The notes: generated by a model not told the origin, from the sequence alone. Counted from the first letter of the stretch, positions 28,807 to 39,497 are shown. The stretch is DNA of 43,472 nucleotides from Oculatellaceae cyanobacterium bins.114 (GCA_033764315.1 JANRJA010000125.1:1-43472), one strand, 5' to 3'. Numbers and translations: made by a program.

Positions 28807-31800
28807 ATGGGAGCATTAGTCATCCTCGATTTTGATGGCGATTTGCAGCAGGGTGTCGTCGCGACCCTGGAAATTCGCATGGATGATCTGCTGAGTGATG
28901 GCTCTGTGCGGAGTGTGGTGCAGGCTCGTGCTAAGGGCAAACTCCCTGCTAATCCAAGCTTGCTCAAGCAGTATCAACAGTGGCGATCGCTCTACCACAA
29001 TTTGAGTTTGCTGTTTCGTCTGGGCGATCGCCCCAATCCCTTGCCAAGTGGGTCAAAAGCCGATGTTATTGCGGCTTGTCGGCTCACGGCGACTGAGTTA
29101 GTGACCGAGTTTAATCAGTGGTTAGCCACCGATTCACTCAGAACGATTCGAGAACAGTTCCTTGAAAAGCTCTCTCCGGCAGACACGATTCGCATTATTC
29201 TGCAATCTGAAGATCCACACATTCGCCGCCTGCCCTGGCATTTGTGGGATGTGTTGCAGCGATATGCCAATGTTGAATTGACGCTCAGTGCCCCAGCCTA
29301 TGAACGGATTGTCGTTTCGGGGCGATCGCGCCAAAAAGCTCGAATTTTAGCGGTGTTAGGTAACCGCACAGGCATTGACATTGAAGCCGATCGCCAGTTG
29401 TTGACCACCTTGCCCAATGGGGCAGAAACCTGTTTTTTGGTAGAACCTGATCGGCAGCAGTTGCAGCAATATCTGTGGGATGCAGAAGGTTGGGATATTT
29501 TATTTTTTGCGGGTCACAGTGCCAGTTACCCCAGTAGCAATCACCCCGGCGATGAAGCAGGTTACTTTGAGTTAAACCAACACGATCGCATTTCGGTGGA
29601 TGAGTTGACCTATGCTCTGCGTAAGGCGATCGCTCAAGGATTGCAATTGGCGATCTTTAACTCTTGTGATGGGTTGGGCTTAGCAAACCAACTGGAACGG
29701 CTACACATTCCCCATCTGATTGTGATGCGAGAGCCTGTGCCCGACCGGGTGGCTCAAGCTTTTCTAAAATACTTTTTGGTCAATTTCTCAGGAGGACAAC
29801 CGCTGCATCTCGCTGTAAGAGATGCCCGGGAGCAGTTGCAATCCCTTGAAGATCAGTGCCCCTGCGCCACCTGGTTGCCGATTTTGTGTCAAAATCCTAC
29901 CTCCGATCCCCCGACTTGGTTAGAGTTGAGCGGACATCCCACTCCGCCTTCCATTCGGACTTCTCAGGCTCACTCTGGGCACCGAGCCGATCGATTACAA
30001 GCTCCCTTTGTGATCCCAGCCTGTCCCTATCGGGGGCTAACTGCATTTCAAGAGACAGATGCCCCCTTCTTTTTTGGGCGCGAAGCACTGGCAGAAAAAT
30101 GGGTAGACCTGGTGCAGCAGCGTCCTTTAGTAGCGGTGATTGGGGCATCTGGCAGTGGCAAATCATCGTTGGTGCTGGCGGGGTTGGTGCCTCGGTTGCG
30201 ATCGCAATCCTGTTGGCAAATCGCCATTTTACGCCCCGGCAACCATCCCTTTGCGCGGTTGGCAGAGCAGTTGATCCCCTTGTTAGAACCGGGACTGCGT
30301 GAAACGGATCAGTTGATCGAAGGGAATAAACTGGCGATCGCCCTCCAACAGGGTACTGTGGCTCTGGCAGATGTGATCGATCGCATTATACAAAAACAAA
30401 CGGTTCACTCCCAAACCCGTCCTCAACGGGTGTTGTTAGTGGTCGATCAATTTGAGGAACTATACACCCTCTGCTCTAACAACGAGGAGCGTCAACAGTT
30501 TCAGGATTGCTTGTTAACAGCAACGTCTAGAACGTCAGCCCTGACGCTGGTGCTGACCCTGCGAGCTGATTTTTTAGAGTATGCGCTTGCCCATCGCACG
30601 TTTGCTCAAGCTCTACAACAGTTTTCGCCAGAATTGTTAACCCCCATGACACGAGCCGAGTTGCAGGCCGTAATTGAAAGACCAGCCGCAAGCTTAGGCA
30701 TACACTATGCGGAAGGGCTGACGGAACGGATTTTAGATGCAGTAGAAGCGGCTCCTGGATACCTGCCATTGCTAGAATTTGCGCTGACGTTGCTGTGGGA
30801 GCAACAGAGTCAGGGATATCTCACCCATGCCGCTTATGAAGCGATCGGCGGAGTAGAACGAGCCTTGACCACCTATGCTGAACAGGTCTATAACAGTTTG
30901 GATGCACCCACTCAACGACAGGCACAGCAAATTTTTACGCAACTGGTGTGTCCGGGTGAAGGCACGGCTGATACCCGTCGGTTAGCCACTCGCAGCGAGA
31001 TTGGCTCTGAAAATTGGCACTTAGTCACCCGTCTGGCGGATACCCGCTTGGTCGTGAGTCGTCATGACGACACTGCCCACGAAGATATTGTGGAGATCGC
31101 TCATGAGGCACTGATTCAAGAGTGGCAACGGTTGCGCCAATGGCTAGAAGACGATCGCAGCTTTCGTACCTGGCAAGAGCGGTTGCGCGGGGTGGTGCGT
31201 CAGTGGGAGATCAGTCAACGAGATGAGGGAGCTTTATTGCGCGGTGCTCCCCTGGTCGAGGCAGAGCACTGGTTTCAAGAACGCCAAACTGACTTGAGCC
31301 AGAGTGAACGGGAGTTTATTCACGCCAGCCTGAAACAACGCCATCTAGACCAACATCGGCGCGATCGCCAACGTCGTTTTCGCATCACTGCCCTGTCTAG
31401 CGGCATCACAGCGGCTCTTTTGTTGATCGGAGTTGCCGCATGGCAGTGGCAACGTGCCGAAATTATCACCAGTAATGCTCAATTGGATTCATTAAGTGCT
31501 GCCTCAGAGGAATTGTTTGCCTCTGGTAAACAACTCGAAGCGTTGTTAGAGAGCTTGCGGGCTGGCAAACAATTGAGCCAACTGAGTGAGGCTCATCCTG
31601 ATACTCATATTCATGTGATCACAACCTTGCAACAAGTTATCTATGGTGTTCGAGAATATAACCGCCTGATTGGACACGAGCGCAGTGTCATTCACGCTAG
31701 CTTTAGCCCCGATGGGCAAATGATTGTGTCGGGCAGCGACGATGACACCGTTCGTTTGTGGCGACGAGATGGCACGCTGATTAATACGTTGAGAGGACAC

Positions 31801-33588
31801 CGAGATCACGTCCGCAGTGTTAGTTTTAGCCCCAATGGGGCGATGATTGCCTCTGGCAGTTATGACCACACGATTCGCCTATGGCGACGAGATGGCACAG
31901 CGATCGCCACCCTAACTGGACACACTGACAAAGTCACCAGCATTAGTTTTAGTCCCAATGGACAGTGGCTTGCCTCTGCCAGTGCCGATGGCACCGTCAA
32001 ATTATGGCAACTGAATGGCACCAACCCTCAGGTTTATGCCACCTTGTTGGGTCACAAAGGGTGGGTTATGACCGTCCGCTTTAGCCCCGATGGGCAGCTT
32101 CTCGCCTCGGCGGGTAACGATGGCATTATTCGCCTGTGGCGATCGTCTGATGGGCAACTGGTGGAGACCTTCCCGCGACAAATGACATCCATTGATGGTT
32201 TGAGCTTTAGCCCTGATGGAGCCATGCTGGTCGCGGCTACCAAAGCTGGAAATCTCTTGTTGTGGCGTCGTTTGGGCGATCGCTTCACCCTCACCCAAAC
32301 AATGACAGGGCACACCGACCGCGTTTGGGGAGTCAGTTTTAGTCCCGATGGTCAGTTGATTGCCTCTGCCAGTGCCGACAATACGGTGAAACTGTGGCAA
32401 CCCGATGGCAGATTGATCGTCACCTTAGAGGGTCACAACTCATCAGTTTACAGTGTTAGCTTTAGCCCCGACGGTGATACGTTGACCTCCACCAGTGCTG
32501 ACAACACCGTCAAATTGTGGCACCCCAACAGTCCCTATCTAGAGCGGTTACAGGCTCATGTCAACAAAGTGCGAGACATTAGCTATAGCCCCGATGGTCG
32601 CATGTTTGCCACGGCTAGCGATATGACTGCCAATCTCTGGCAGACCACATTACCCCTGCCACAAGGCTCACCCACTGTGCCCCCGACGACTGCTCAGCCC
32701 ATCCTATTGAGTGGTCATCAAGAAAATGTCAACCAACTTAGCTTTAGCCCCGATGGACAATGGGTAGCCACAGTCAGCAACGACACCACCGTTAAACTGT
32801 GGACAGTAACAGGGCAGTTGGTACAGACCTTACAGGGCTATACTCAGAACGTTTTAGACGTGCAATTTAGCCCCGATGGCAAGCTTTTAGCGATCGCCGG
32901 AGAGGCTAATACGATTCAACTTTGGCAACGCGATCACACCGGACGGTTTGCATCTACCCCTGTGCAAACGCTGCTGGGGCACTCTAAAGAAATCACCTCT
33001 CTGGCATTTAGCCCAGATGGGCAATGGTTAGCCTCCAGCAGTGACGACCACACGATTCGACTGTGGCGACATCAAGGCAACGGTTCCTTTGAGGCTAACT
33101 CTACGCAAATCTTGACCCATACTAGCCGAGTTACCTACGTCAGCTTTAACCCCAATGGTCAGACCCTCGCCTCAGCCACTGCCGATGGCAACGCTATCCT
33201 ATGGAACCAGGATGGAACCTTGATCGCCCGCCTCAGTGGACACCGCGATCGCATCAACAGCATTATCTTTAGTCCCGATGGTCGCCTGGTTGCTACGGCC
33301 AGCGACGATGGAACGGTCAAACTCTGGAACACCAACGGCACCCTACTCAAAACCTTGCAGGGAGAGTCTTCTGCTTTAACAGCTCTCAGTTTTAGCCCCG
33401 ATGGACAGACCCTTGCTTCAGCCAATGCCAATGGACAAGTCATCTTCTGGAACTTTAATCTCGATAACTTAATGACTCAGGGATGTGATTGGCTCAGCGA
33501 CTATTTGCGCACCAATGCCATCTTGTCACCGAGCGATCGCAACGTTTGCTCAACCTATTCCACTAGATATCAAACGACACCCCGTTAG
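28807..33588 (+). CDS. CHAT protease + STAND NTPase (nSTAND1-like) + TM helix + about 14 WD40 repeats
   Basis: CHAT dyad ILFFAGHS and AIFNSCDG; CPYRGLTAF..FFGRE; Walker A GASGSGKSS, Walker B VVDQFEE, LTLRADF; TM segment GITAALLLIGVAAWQW; repeated GH..V..VSFSPDG..ASAS.D.TVKLW. Confidence 0.94.
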   Translation: MGALVILDFDGDLQQGVVATLEIRMDDLLSDGSVRSVVQARAKGKLPANPSLLKQYQQWRSLYHNLSLLFRLGDRPNPLPSGSKADVIAACRLTATELVTEFNQWLATDSLRTIREQFLEKLSPADTIRIILQSEDPHIRRLPWHLWDVLQRYANVELTLSAPAYERIVVSGRSRQKARILAVLGNRTGIDIEADRQLLTTLPNGAETCFLVEPDRQQLQQYLWDAEGWDILFFAGHSASYPSSNHPGDEAGYFELNQHDRISVDELTYALRKAIAQGLQLAIFNSCDGLGLANQLERLHIPHLIVMREPVPDRVAQAFLKYFLVNFSGGQPLHLAVRDAREQLQSLEDQCPCATWLPILCQNPTSDPPTWLELSGHPTPPSIRTSQAHSGHRADRLQAPFVIPACPYRGLTAFQETDAPFFFGREALAEKWVDLVQQRPLVAVIGASGSGKSSLVLAGLVPRLRSQSCWQIAILRPGNHPFARLAEQLIPLLEPGLRETDQLIEGNKLAIALQQGTVALADVIDRIIQKQTVHSQTRPQRVLLVVDQFEELYTLCSNNEERQQFQDCLLTATSRTSALTLVLTLRADFLEYALAHRTFAQALQQFSPELLTPMTRAELQAVIERPAASLGIHYAEGLTERILDAVEAAPGYLPLLEFALTLLWEQQSQGYLTHAAYEAIGGVERALTTYAEQVYNSLDAPTQRQAQQIFTQLVCPGEGTADTRRLATRSEIGSENWHLVTRLADTRLVVSRHDDTAHEDIVEIAHEALIQEWQRLRQWLEDDRSFRTWQERLRGVVRQWEISQRDEGALLRGAPLVEAEHWFQERQTDLSQSEREFIHASLKQRHLDQHRRDRQRRFRITALSSGITAALLLIGVAAWQWQRAEIITSNAQLDSLSAASEELFASGKQLEALLESLRAGKQLSQLSEAHPDTHIHVITTLQQVIYGVREYNRLIGHERSVIHASFSPDGQMIVSGSDDDTVRLWRRDGTLINTLRGHRDHVRSVSFSPNGAMIASGSYDHTIRLWRRDGTAIATLTGHTDKVTSISFSPNGQWLASASADGTVKLWQLNGTNPQVYATLLGHKGWVMTVRFSPDGQLLASAGNDGIIRLWRSSDGQLVETFPRQMTSIDGLSFSPDGAMLVAATKAGNLLLWRRLGDRFTLTQTMTGHTDRVWGVSFSPDGQLIASASADNTVKLWQPDGRLIVTLEGHNSSVYSVSFSPDGDTLTSTSADNTVKLWHPNSPYLERLQAHVNKVRDISYSPDGRMFATASDMTANLWQTTLPLPQGSPTVPPTTAQPILLSGHQENVNQLSFSPDGQWVATVSNDTTVKLWTVTGQLVQTLQGYTQNVLDVQFSPDGKLLAIAGEANTIQLWQRDHTGRFASTPVQTLLGHSKEITSLAFSPDGQWLASSSDDHTIRLWRHQGNGSFEANSTQILTHTSRVTYVSFNPNGQTLASATADGNAILWNQDGTLIARLSGHRDRINSIIFSPDGRLVATASDDGTVKLWNTNGTLLKTLQGESSALTALSFSPDGQTLASANANGQVIFWNFNLDNLMTQGCDWLSDYLRTNAILSPSDRNVCSTYSTRYQTTPR

Positions 33589-34222
33589 CCAAAAAGATCA
33601 CCTGGTCAATGCTATAAACAGGTTGAGTCAACAGGGTTTCTCGAATTGCTTCAAACAAAACAAATTGATTGGCACTGCTGAGACTCTGCAACGCCCCTGC
33701 TCCACGGGGGTGATCAACATTGAAATTAATTTCAGCCTGATGGTCGATCGGGTCAACATTCACCTCATATCCTTCAATTCCAGGATTATCACCCTCATAG
33801 GACTGCATAATCTGGTCAACAGCTCCAGCCACAGGTTCATCTGCATCCAGCAACACCGACTGTGGCACCAACTGTTGGGTTTGAGGGTCAGGAAGATAGA
33901 CCACAGCCGGTTCATAATCCCTTGATACAGACGTGTCAATTTCTTGAGGCGACGGGGTAGTGGGAGCCGTGTTGGGTGCTACAGGTTCAGCGGTTTGGGC
34001 GATCGCCCCAGTCGTAAAGCTAAGGGTTAAGGCAACACTGGCGATCGTCGCCGTCAACCACTGAGTGAGCAGGGGATAGTTTAAAGACATTGGTAAAGAT
34101 ATTGGTTTTAAAGCCATGAGTTTTAAGGGAATTCCTTGAGAGTGAGAAGGGTAGCGTTGAGCGATGGGTTGGACGGTCAATGCAGATGCCAATTGTGAAG
34201 AAAAATTGGATTTTAGAGTCAT
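33563..34222 (-). CDS. Exported protein with GerMN-like (spore germination) domain
   Basis: Signal-like segment ending AIAQ; VYLPDPQTQQLVP and LQSLSSANQFVLFEAIRETLL motifs. Start uncertain (34222 after AGGAGG, or 34090). The 3' end overlaps the WD40 gene by 26 bp. Confidence 0.65.
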   Translation of the reverse strand: MTLKSNFSSQLASALTVQPIAQRYPSHSQGIPLKLMALKPISLPMSLNYPLLTQWLTATIASVALTLSFTTGAIAQTAEPVAPNTAPTTPSPQEIDTSVSRDYEPAVVYLPDPQTQQLVPQSVLLDADEPVAGAVDQIMQSYEGDNPGIEGYEVNVDPIDHQAEINFNVDHPRGAGALQSLSSANQFVLFEAIRETLLTQPVYSIDQVIFLANGVSFDI

Positions 34223-34647
34223 AATAACCACCCTCCTCGATTTGCTTGATCTTGAGCTGGATCTGACTGAGCTTTAATTTGCTTTAGCTCAGCAACGATC
34301 TATTAACCAACTATTAACAACATCCATCACAACCTCGAATAACTGAGGTTTACTCAGATCGGTTTAATCAGATTCACCCCTCTGTTGGCTTGCCGCTTCA
34401 CCAAGCTATAAACAGCAGCAGTGCAGCCTCCTAGCCCTATTATAATTTCAGTTTTAAGCCTCTAACAGCTTCTTTACATCTAGCTAAGGTAAAGCTTTTT
34501 AGCGGGTTTGAAGTTAAAAGTGTCTCTTAATGTAAAAGTTACGCCTTTGTTTTTATAAAGTAGTTTGTGAAGCGGCAATACCCTACTTGGATGAAGATTA
34601 ATAATAATTCACAGGGTAGTCTGAAATTCAATTTGCATTGTTTTGCA

Positions 34648-35148
34648 TCACTTTGATACCGTTTCCAAAATAGTTCTAATCAGAGCGATCGCAGCTTCAG
34701 CCTGATCCGCTATAAATGTTTGTTTTTGTGAGAGATGGGTGAAAAAATTTTGACTATTGGTATCAGAATTCAACAACACAATTGGTTTACCTGCTTTAAT
34801 GGCCAATGCGGCTTCTGATGCTGTACCAGCTCCCATTCCACAGATCACAACAACGTCACTCGACAACACATTGATGTTGTTTCGAGCACTTCCCATATCC
34901 GTAAAAATAGCAATGTCGATCGCCGTTGAGAGATGCTGCCCAACCGCATCGGGCAAGATGCCAACCGTCAAACCACCCCCCGATTTTGCGCCTTGACTGG
35001 CTGCCTGCATCACCCCTTCGTCTCTGCCACCCGTCAATAATACCCATCCTGCTTGAGCGACCAGATATCCTAGATTCCAGGCAACGTCACGATCTGCTGG
35101 AGTAGCAGTGCCTCCAGGCCCCATCACCCCAATCATGGTTTTTCTCAT
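34648..35148 (-). CDS. LOG/SLOG-family Rossmann-fold nucleotide-binding protein (TIGR00725-like)
   Basis: IGVMGPG, LLTGGRDEGVMQAASQGA, VGILP, MGSARNNINVLSSD, GAGTASE. Confidence 0.85.
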   Translation of the reverse strand: MRKTMIGVMGPGGTATPADRDVAWNLGYLVAQAGWVLLTGGRDEGVMQAASQGAKSGGGLTVGILPDAVGQHLSTAIDIAIFTDMGSARNNINVLSSDVVVICGMGAGTASEAALAIKAGKPIVLLNSDTNSQNFFTHLSQKQTFIADQAEAAIALIRTILETVSK

Positions 35149-35224
35149 AACAGAAGGGTTAGATTAAATTTTTAGCGTTTTTCCCTACCATTTTGCATCT
35201 TTAAACGGCTTACAATGAGGCGTT

Positions 35225-35343
35225 ATACCAATTCCCAAACAATTTCCAAATCGTAGGACACCAAATTCCGGGAAGGATGCTTTGCAAAACGCCTTCAGAG
35301 AAACGTTTATACGTTGTCCACAGGGAAAGAAAGGGGATTGATA
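35225..35343. mobile_element. Degenerate ATACC-type MITE remnant
   Basis: Left end ataccaattccc, internal gaagg..tttgcaaaacgccttc hairpin, eroded right end ggggattgata. Confidence 0.4.
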
Positions 35344-35598
35344 GCTTCATTAATCTCAACAGTACGTGCTCTACGGTAAATCTCAAGACGTATTTCTTAA
35401 TATTTCTTATGGCATAGCTACGCCTTCTGAGACTTGCCGATATTAAGCAAAGTTGACTAGGTTTGATATCAGGTTCATCCTGATGTGTCCGCTTCGGCAG
35501 GTGTTGCTGAAATAGAAAAAGCGTTTTGAATATAAAACCTTAGGGTGATATTCAAATGTTTTACCATCGACCCAACTTCCTCAGCAGTGATATTAAAC

Positions 35599-36606
35599 AT
35601 GACGGCTTTTGCAGTGGATACTCCAAGTGATCAACCTTTTTTGCCTCGCGTATCTGTCATTATTCCGATCTATAACGGTGAACAAGATGTTCCCCCTTTG
35701 CTCGACTGCTTAAACGCCCAAACCTATCCTCGCGATCGCGTAGATTATTTGCTGGTTGATAATGCCAGTCGCGATCGCACCCTCACCCTCTTAAAAGAAG
35801 CGGCTGAACAGAGCGCAACTGAAGGGCTGATCCTGCGGTGTCTGAGTGAAACTAAGATTCAAAGCTCGTATGCGGCTCGCAACACAGGCATCAAAGCCAC
35901 TCAAAGCGAAATCTTGGCATTTACCGATGCTGATTGTCGCCCCCAAGCCAACTGGCTCTATGACCTGGTGCAACCTTTTGTGGATGAAACCGTAGGGATT
36001 GTTGCCGGAGAAGTTTTGGCGTTAGAGGGAAACTCACTGTTAGAGGAGTATTCAGGGCGACGGGAGACACTGTCTCAAAAGCACACTCTGGCGCATCCGT
36101 TTTATCCCTATGGTCAAACCGCAAATCTAGCTGTTCGACGACAAGCATTTGAGAAAGCAGGGCTATTTCGCCCCTATTTGACGACCGGAGGGGATGCCGA
36201 TCTGTGTTGGCGAATTCAGCAACAGGGCAACTGGAAAATCATTTTTGCCGAACAAGCGGCGGTACAACATCGACATCGCGCCACGCTGGAGGAGTTACGT
36301 AGCCAGTGGCGGCGGTATGGACGATCGAACCGCTATTTGCACGAGTTACACGGAGTCAGTCTGGCACGAGAGCTAACCTCCAAAGACTATGCCTATCGCT
36401 GGAGTCGGTGGTTGCTCAAAGAGGTGCCCCTGACGGCTCAAAAAATCCTGACTCGTCGTGCCCATTGGTCTTTTTTGCTAGACACTCCGCTCGACTTGCT
36501 GTGTACTCAAGCCCGTGCCAAGGGACAACGAGATGCGCGACTGTCAGAGCAAGCTCGGCAAATTGAGTGGATGCCGCCCTCTGCCAGTGATCCCTCTGGT
36601 GATTAG
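35599..36606 (+). CDS. Glycosyltransferase family 2
   Basis: VSVIIPIYN, VDNASRD, SYAARNTG, FTDAD, GGDADLCWR, QWRRYG. Confidence 0.92.
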   Translation: MTAFAVDTPSDQPFLPRVSVIIPIYNGEQDVPPLLDCLNAQTYPRDRVDYLLVDNASRDRTLTLLKEAAEQSATEGLILRCLSETKIQSSYAARNTGIKATQSEILAFTDADCRPQANWLYDLVQPFVDETVGIVAGEVLALEGNSLLEEYSGRRETLSQKHTLAHPFYPYGQTANLAVRRQAFEKAGLFRPYLTTGGDADLCWRIQQQGNWKIIFAEQAAVQHRHRATLEELRSQWRRYGRSNRYLHELHGVSLARELTSKDYAYRWSRWLLKEVPLTAQKILTRRAHWSFLLDTPLDLLCTQARAKGQRDARLSEQARQIEWMPPSASDPSGD

Positions 36607-36776
36607 GGTAAATTCACAGAACTTGAATTAAATCAAAACGCTAGGTTGATGTTTCTGCAAAACATCCAGGGAAAGATTAGTTCAAGCACTGAGTTCACTC
36701 TATAGCGGTGGGTGGTTGGAATTTTTAGATATCGCTTTTAGTCTTGTCGCTTTTTGTAGTGTTTTAGCCCGGTGAA

Positions 36777-38750
36777 ATGCCCGTGAATCCATTTCAGTCG
36801 CCCTCACACCAAATTTGCGAGTCTATCATCCACGCTCACCCCGACCCATCGCCGGGGGACAACCCTCCCTTGCATCCACCGCTTGTACTTCAACGGCGAT
36901 CGCGCACTCAGTCATGGATAACGAGTTTTATCTCTGGGCTAATGTTAGCCGTGGCAGGCGGAGTCGCGTTTCCAGCATTAGCCGCAGAACAGGTCGCTGT
37001 CCGCTTTGGCCCAGTCAGACAATCAGTGGCGATCGCCGATTTAGAACACTTTGCCAAAACTGGTGAGATCTCACCTGCCTTACGTCCGTATACCCCATTT
37101 CTCAGTGCAGATGTGCAACAGGCACTCAACAGTCGTTTACAGCTTGATCCACAGGTGGGGGATGAGTTGGTCGCTGATCTGCTCAACTCTTCTGCTGGAG
37201 AACGCCTATTGAATACATTGCAATTGGTGATTTCAGATAGCGATGCTGATCAACTCAATGCCGCTTTGATCACAGCCACTCAAGAACCCAATGGCTTAAG
37301 TGTGTTGGGCTTTTTACAAGCCTATCCGGCTGAAACGATCACGATTGAAGGTAGTTCAGCGATCGCCCTGGCCTCTCAAATGAATTTGCCCTATTGGCAA
37401 AGTCAAGCTCTCAGCTCTGTGTTAGAACGTGAACTGACTGTGCCAACCGACCCCGCCACTCCATCCTCAACGGCGACAGCCTCAACCGTGGATCTTGATC
37501 CCAGTCTTGCTGGTAATCAGTGGGTGCGCCAACAAACCTTGATGTTTCGCGACTATGAGCGCAATCGTACCATCCCTGTTGATCTCTATTGGAGCAGTCG
37601 TACTACGGGGCCTCTGGTCGTTTTATCTCACGGGTTTGGAGCCGATCGCCGCTTTTTAGGCTATCTAGCCCATCATCTCGCCTCTCATGGGTTTGCAGTT
37701 GCCGCTCTAGAACATCCCGCCAGCAATGTCACCTGGCTGACTGAGATCACGGCAGGTCAGGCTTCTCCCAATGGATTTAGCGATATTCTGCCTGCTACTG
37801 AATTCATCGATCGCCCCAAAGATGTCACCTTTTTACTCAATGAGCTAGAACGGCTTAACCGTCATTCCACCATTTTGCGTGGCAAGCTCAATACAGATCA
37901 GGTCGTGGTGTTGGGGCATTCATTAGGCGGCTATACTGCCCTCGCCCTGGCAGGGGCAGAACTCGATCTCGATCATCTACGCCAGTTTTGCAACAGTTTG
38001 GGGGCGGTCGGGCTGTCTCCGGCAGACTGGTTGCAATGCACTGCGGCAGACTTGCCGCAAACAGGTCGAGTCAATCTACGAGATGACCGTGTAGTGCAAG
38101 TGATTGCCCTCAACCCAGTGATTGGGCACCTGTTCAATGACGAGAGCTTGAGCCATCTCTCGACTCCTATCTTGATTCTCTCTGGCACTGATGATGCAAT
38201 CATGCCAGCAGTGAGTCAGCAGTTGCTCCCCTTTGCACAGCTACAAACCCCTGACAAATATTTGTTGACTGCGATCGGCGGCACCCACCTGAGTGTCGGC
38301 GATCCCGCTAACTTAAACTATGCACTGACCAACAGTTTATTTGTTCGCGAACGCCCTGGAGAAGAGACAGAAGCTCTGCGTCATTTACTGAGGGCAGTCA
38401 GTTTGGCGTTCATCAAGCAACTCACTCCAGAGGCAGATCGGTATAAACCTTTTCTGACGTCTGCGTATGCTCAATCTTTCTCTACACCAACGCTACAACT
38501 ACGCCTCAACTCTGAGCTACCCCCCAACCTGTCAAACTGGCTCAAGATGGCAGCGTTGCCGCTAGAACAGTTAGTCTCCAGTTCATTGCAAAAGCAATCA
38601 AACGCGCAGTTGCAAGCCAAAAACCACGACTCCAGTGTCTATGAGCTACTAAAGCGACTGCCAGTGGTGATGTTTATCCTGCCTGGTAATTTTTCTCTGT
38701 TAGGCAATCAACTCTTTAAATTTAATCGTCGTCGCAGAAAACACGGGTGA
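36777..38750 (+). CDS. DUF1400 domain + alpha/beta hydrolase
   Basis: ALAAEQVAVRFGP..LEHFAKTG N-terminus; VLSHGFG, FIDRPKD, nucleophile GHSLGG, GTDD, GGTH. Start uncertain. Confidence 0.88.
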   Translation: MPVNPFQSPSHQICESIIHAHPDPSPGDNPPLHPPLVLQRRSRTQSWITSFISGLMLAVAGGVAFPALAAEQVAVRFGPVRQSVAIADLEHFAKTGEISPALRPYTPFLSADVQQALNSRLQLDPQVGDELVADLLNSSAGERLLNTLQLVISDSDADQLNAALITATQEPNGLSVLGFLQAYPAETITIEGSSAIALASQMNLPYWQSQALSSVLERELTVPTDPATPSSTATASTVDLDPSLAGNQWVRQQTLMFRDYERNRTIPVDLYWSSRTTGPLVVLSHGFGADRRFLGYLAHHLASHGFAVAALEHPASNVTWLTEITAGQASPNGFSDILPATEFIDRPKDVTFLLNELERLNRHSTILRGKLNTDQVVVLGHSLGGYTALALAGAELDLDHLRQFCNSLGAVGLSPADWLQCTAADLPQTGRVNLRDDRVVQVIALNPVIGHLFNDESLSHLSTPILILSGTDDAIMPAVSQQLLPFAQLQTPDKYLLTAIGGTHLSVGDPANLNYALTNSLFVRERPGEETEALRHLLRAVSLAFIKQLTPEADRYKPFLTSAYAQSFSTPTLQLRLNSELPPNLSNWLKMAALPLEQLVSSSLQKQSNAQLQAKNHDSSVYELLKRLPVVMFILPGNFSLLGNQLFKFNRRRRKHG

Positions 38751-39032
38751 TGGTGAGTTCCTCTCCTTGCAGGACTGCCGTATGCTAGAAGGGTAAGTAA
38801 GCAAGACATGAGTCACGTGTAACAACCTAGAGGCACCCCGATTGGCATTGGGGCAATGCTGCTCTTGCAGGGTTTGTCCTGTCAGTTGAGGAATGGTGTG
38901 AGAGCGAACACTGTCTCTCAGTACGGGAAATTAGGGAAATTGCCTTCTAGGGTTTGATTCTATTCATCAAAGCCACCCATCTATTGCTATTGTTTACGGC
39001 TATTTTTCACTGACCTAACAGGGAGGTCTGTT

Positions 39033-39497
39033 GTGAATCTTGTAGATCTGCTTCAAAGTCAGCCTGCTTATGGGTTATGGCTGATAACAGGGCTGGTGTT
39101 CTTAGGAATTGCGATGCTGGCATTTGAGCCAACCATCGTAGCATTAGGGTTTGCTGCCATTATTACCGGGATCGCGGCTATCTCCGTCAAAGAGTTCAGC
39201 ATTCAATTGCTGATCTGGGGAGTTTTAAGTGTGTCGTTGGCGATCGTGCTGCGGGGGTTTGTGCCCCGACCGTCTAAAGATTTAGGCCCAGTTACTCAAG
39301 CGACAGTATCTCAACCCATTTCTCCTGGAGGTGTGGGCGAAGTGACTTATGAGGGGTCTTTTTGGACGGCGCGGTGTCAGATCTCAGATGTGGCGATCGC
39401 CGTTGGGCAAATTGTGCAGGTTGTGGGGCGACAAGGCAACACTCTGATCGTTCTTCCTCATGACTTTCCCCATGATTCCTATGATCGAACCGCTTAA
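39033..39497 (+). CDS. NfeD-like C-terminal (OB-fold) membrane protein
   Basis: Three TM helices then GEVTYEGSFWTARC..VQVVGRQGNTLIV; adjacent to the SPFH gene; GGAGG before the GTG start. Confidence 0.9.
   Translation: MNLVDLLQSQPAYGLWLITGLVFLGIAMLAFEPTIVALGFAAIITGIAAISVKEFSIQLLIWGVLSVSLAIVLRGFVPRPSKDLGPVTQATVSQPISPGGVGEVTYEGSFWTARCQISDVAIAVGQIVQVVGRQGNTLIVLPHDFPHDSYDRTA

Noticed and set aside
31660..33460. Regularly spaced TTTAGCCCCGATGG DNA repeats
   Set aside because: Explained by the FSPDG motif of the WD40 repeats.
34232..34647. Possible sRNA or riboswitch in the intergenic region (ctgagct...agctcag hairpin)
   Set aside because: A single hairpin with no recognisable RNA family features; an Rfam/Infernal search would be needed.
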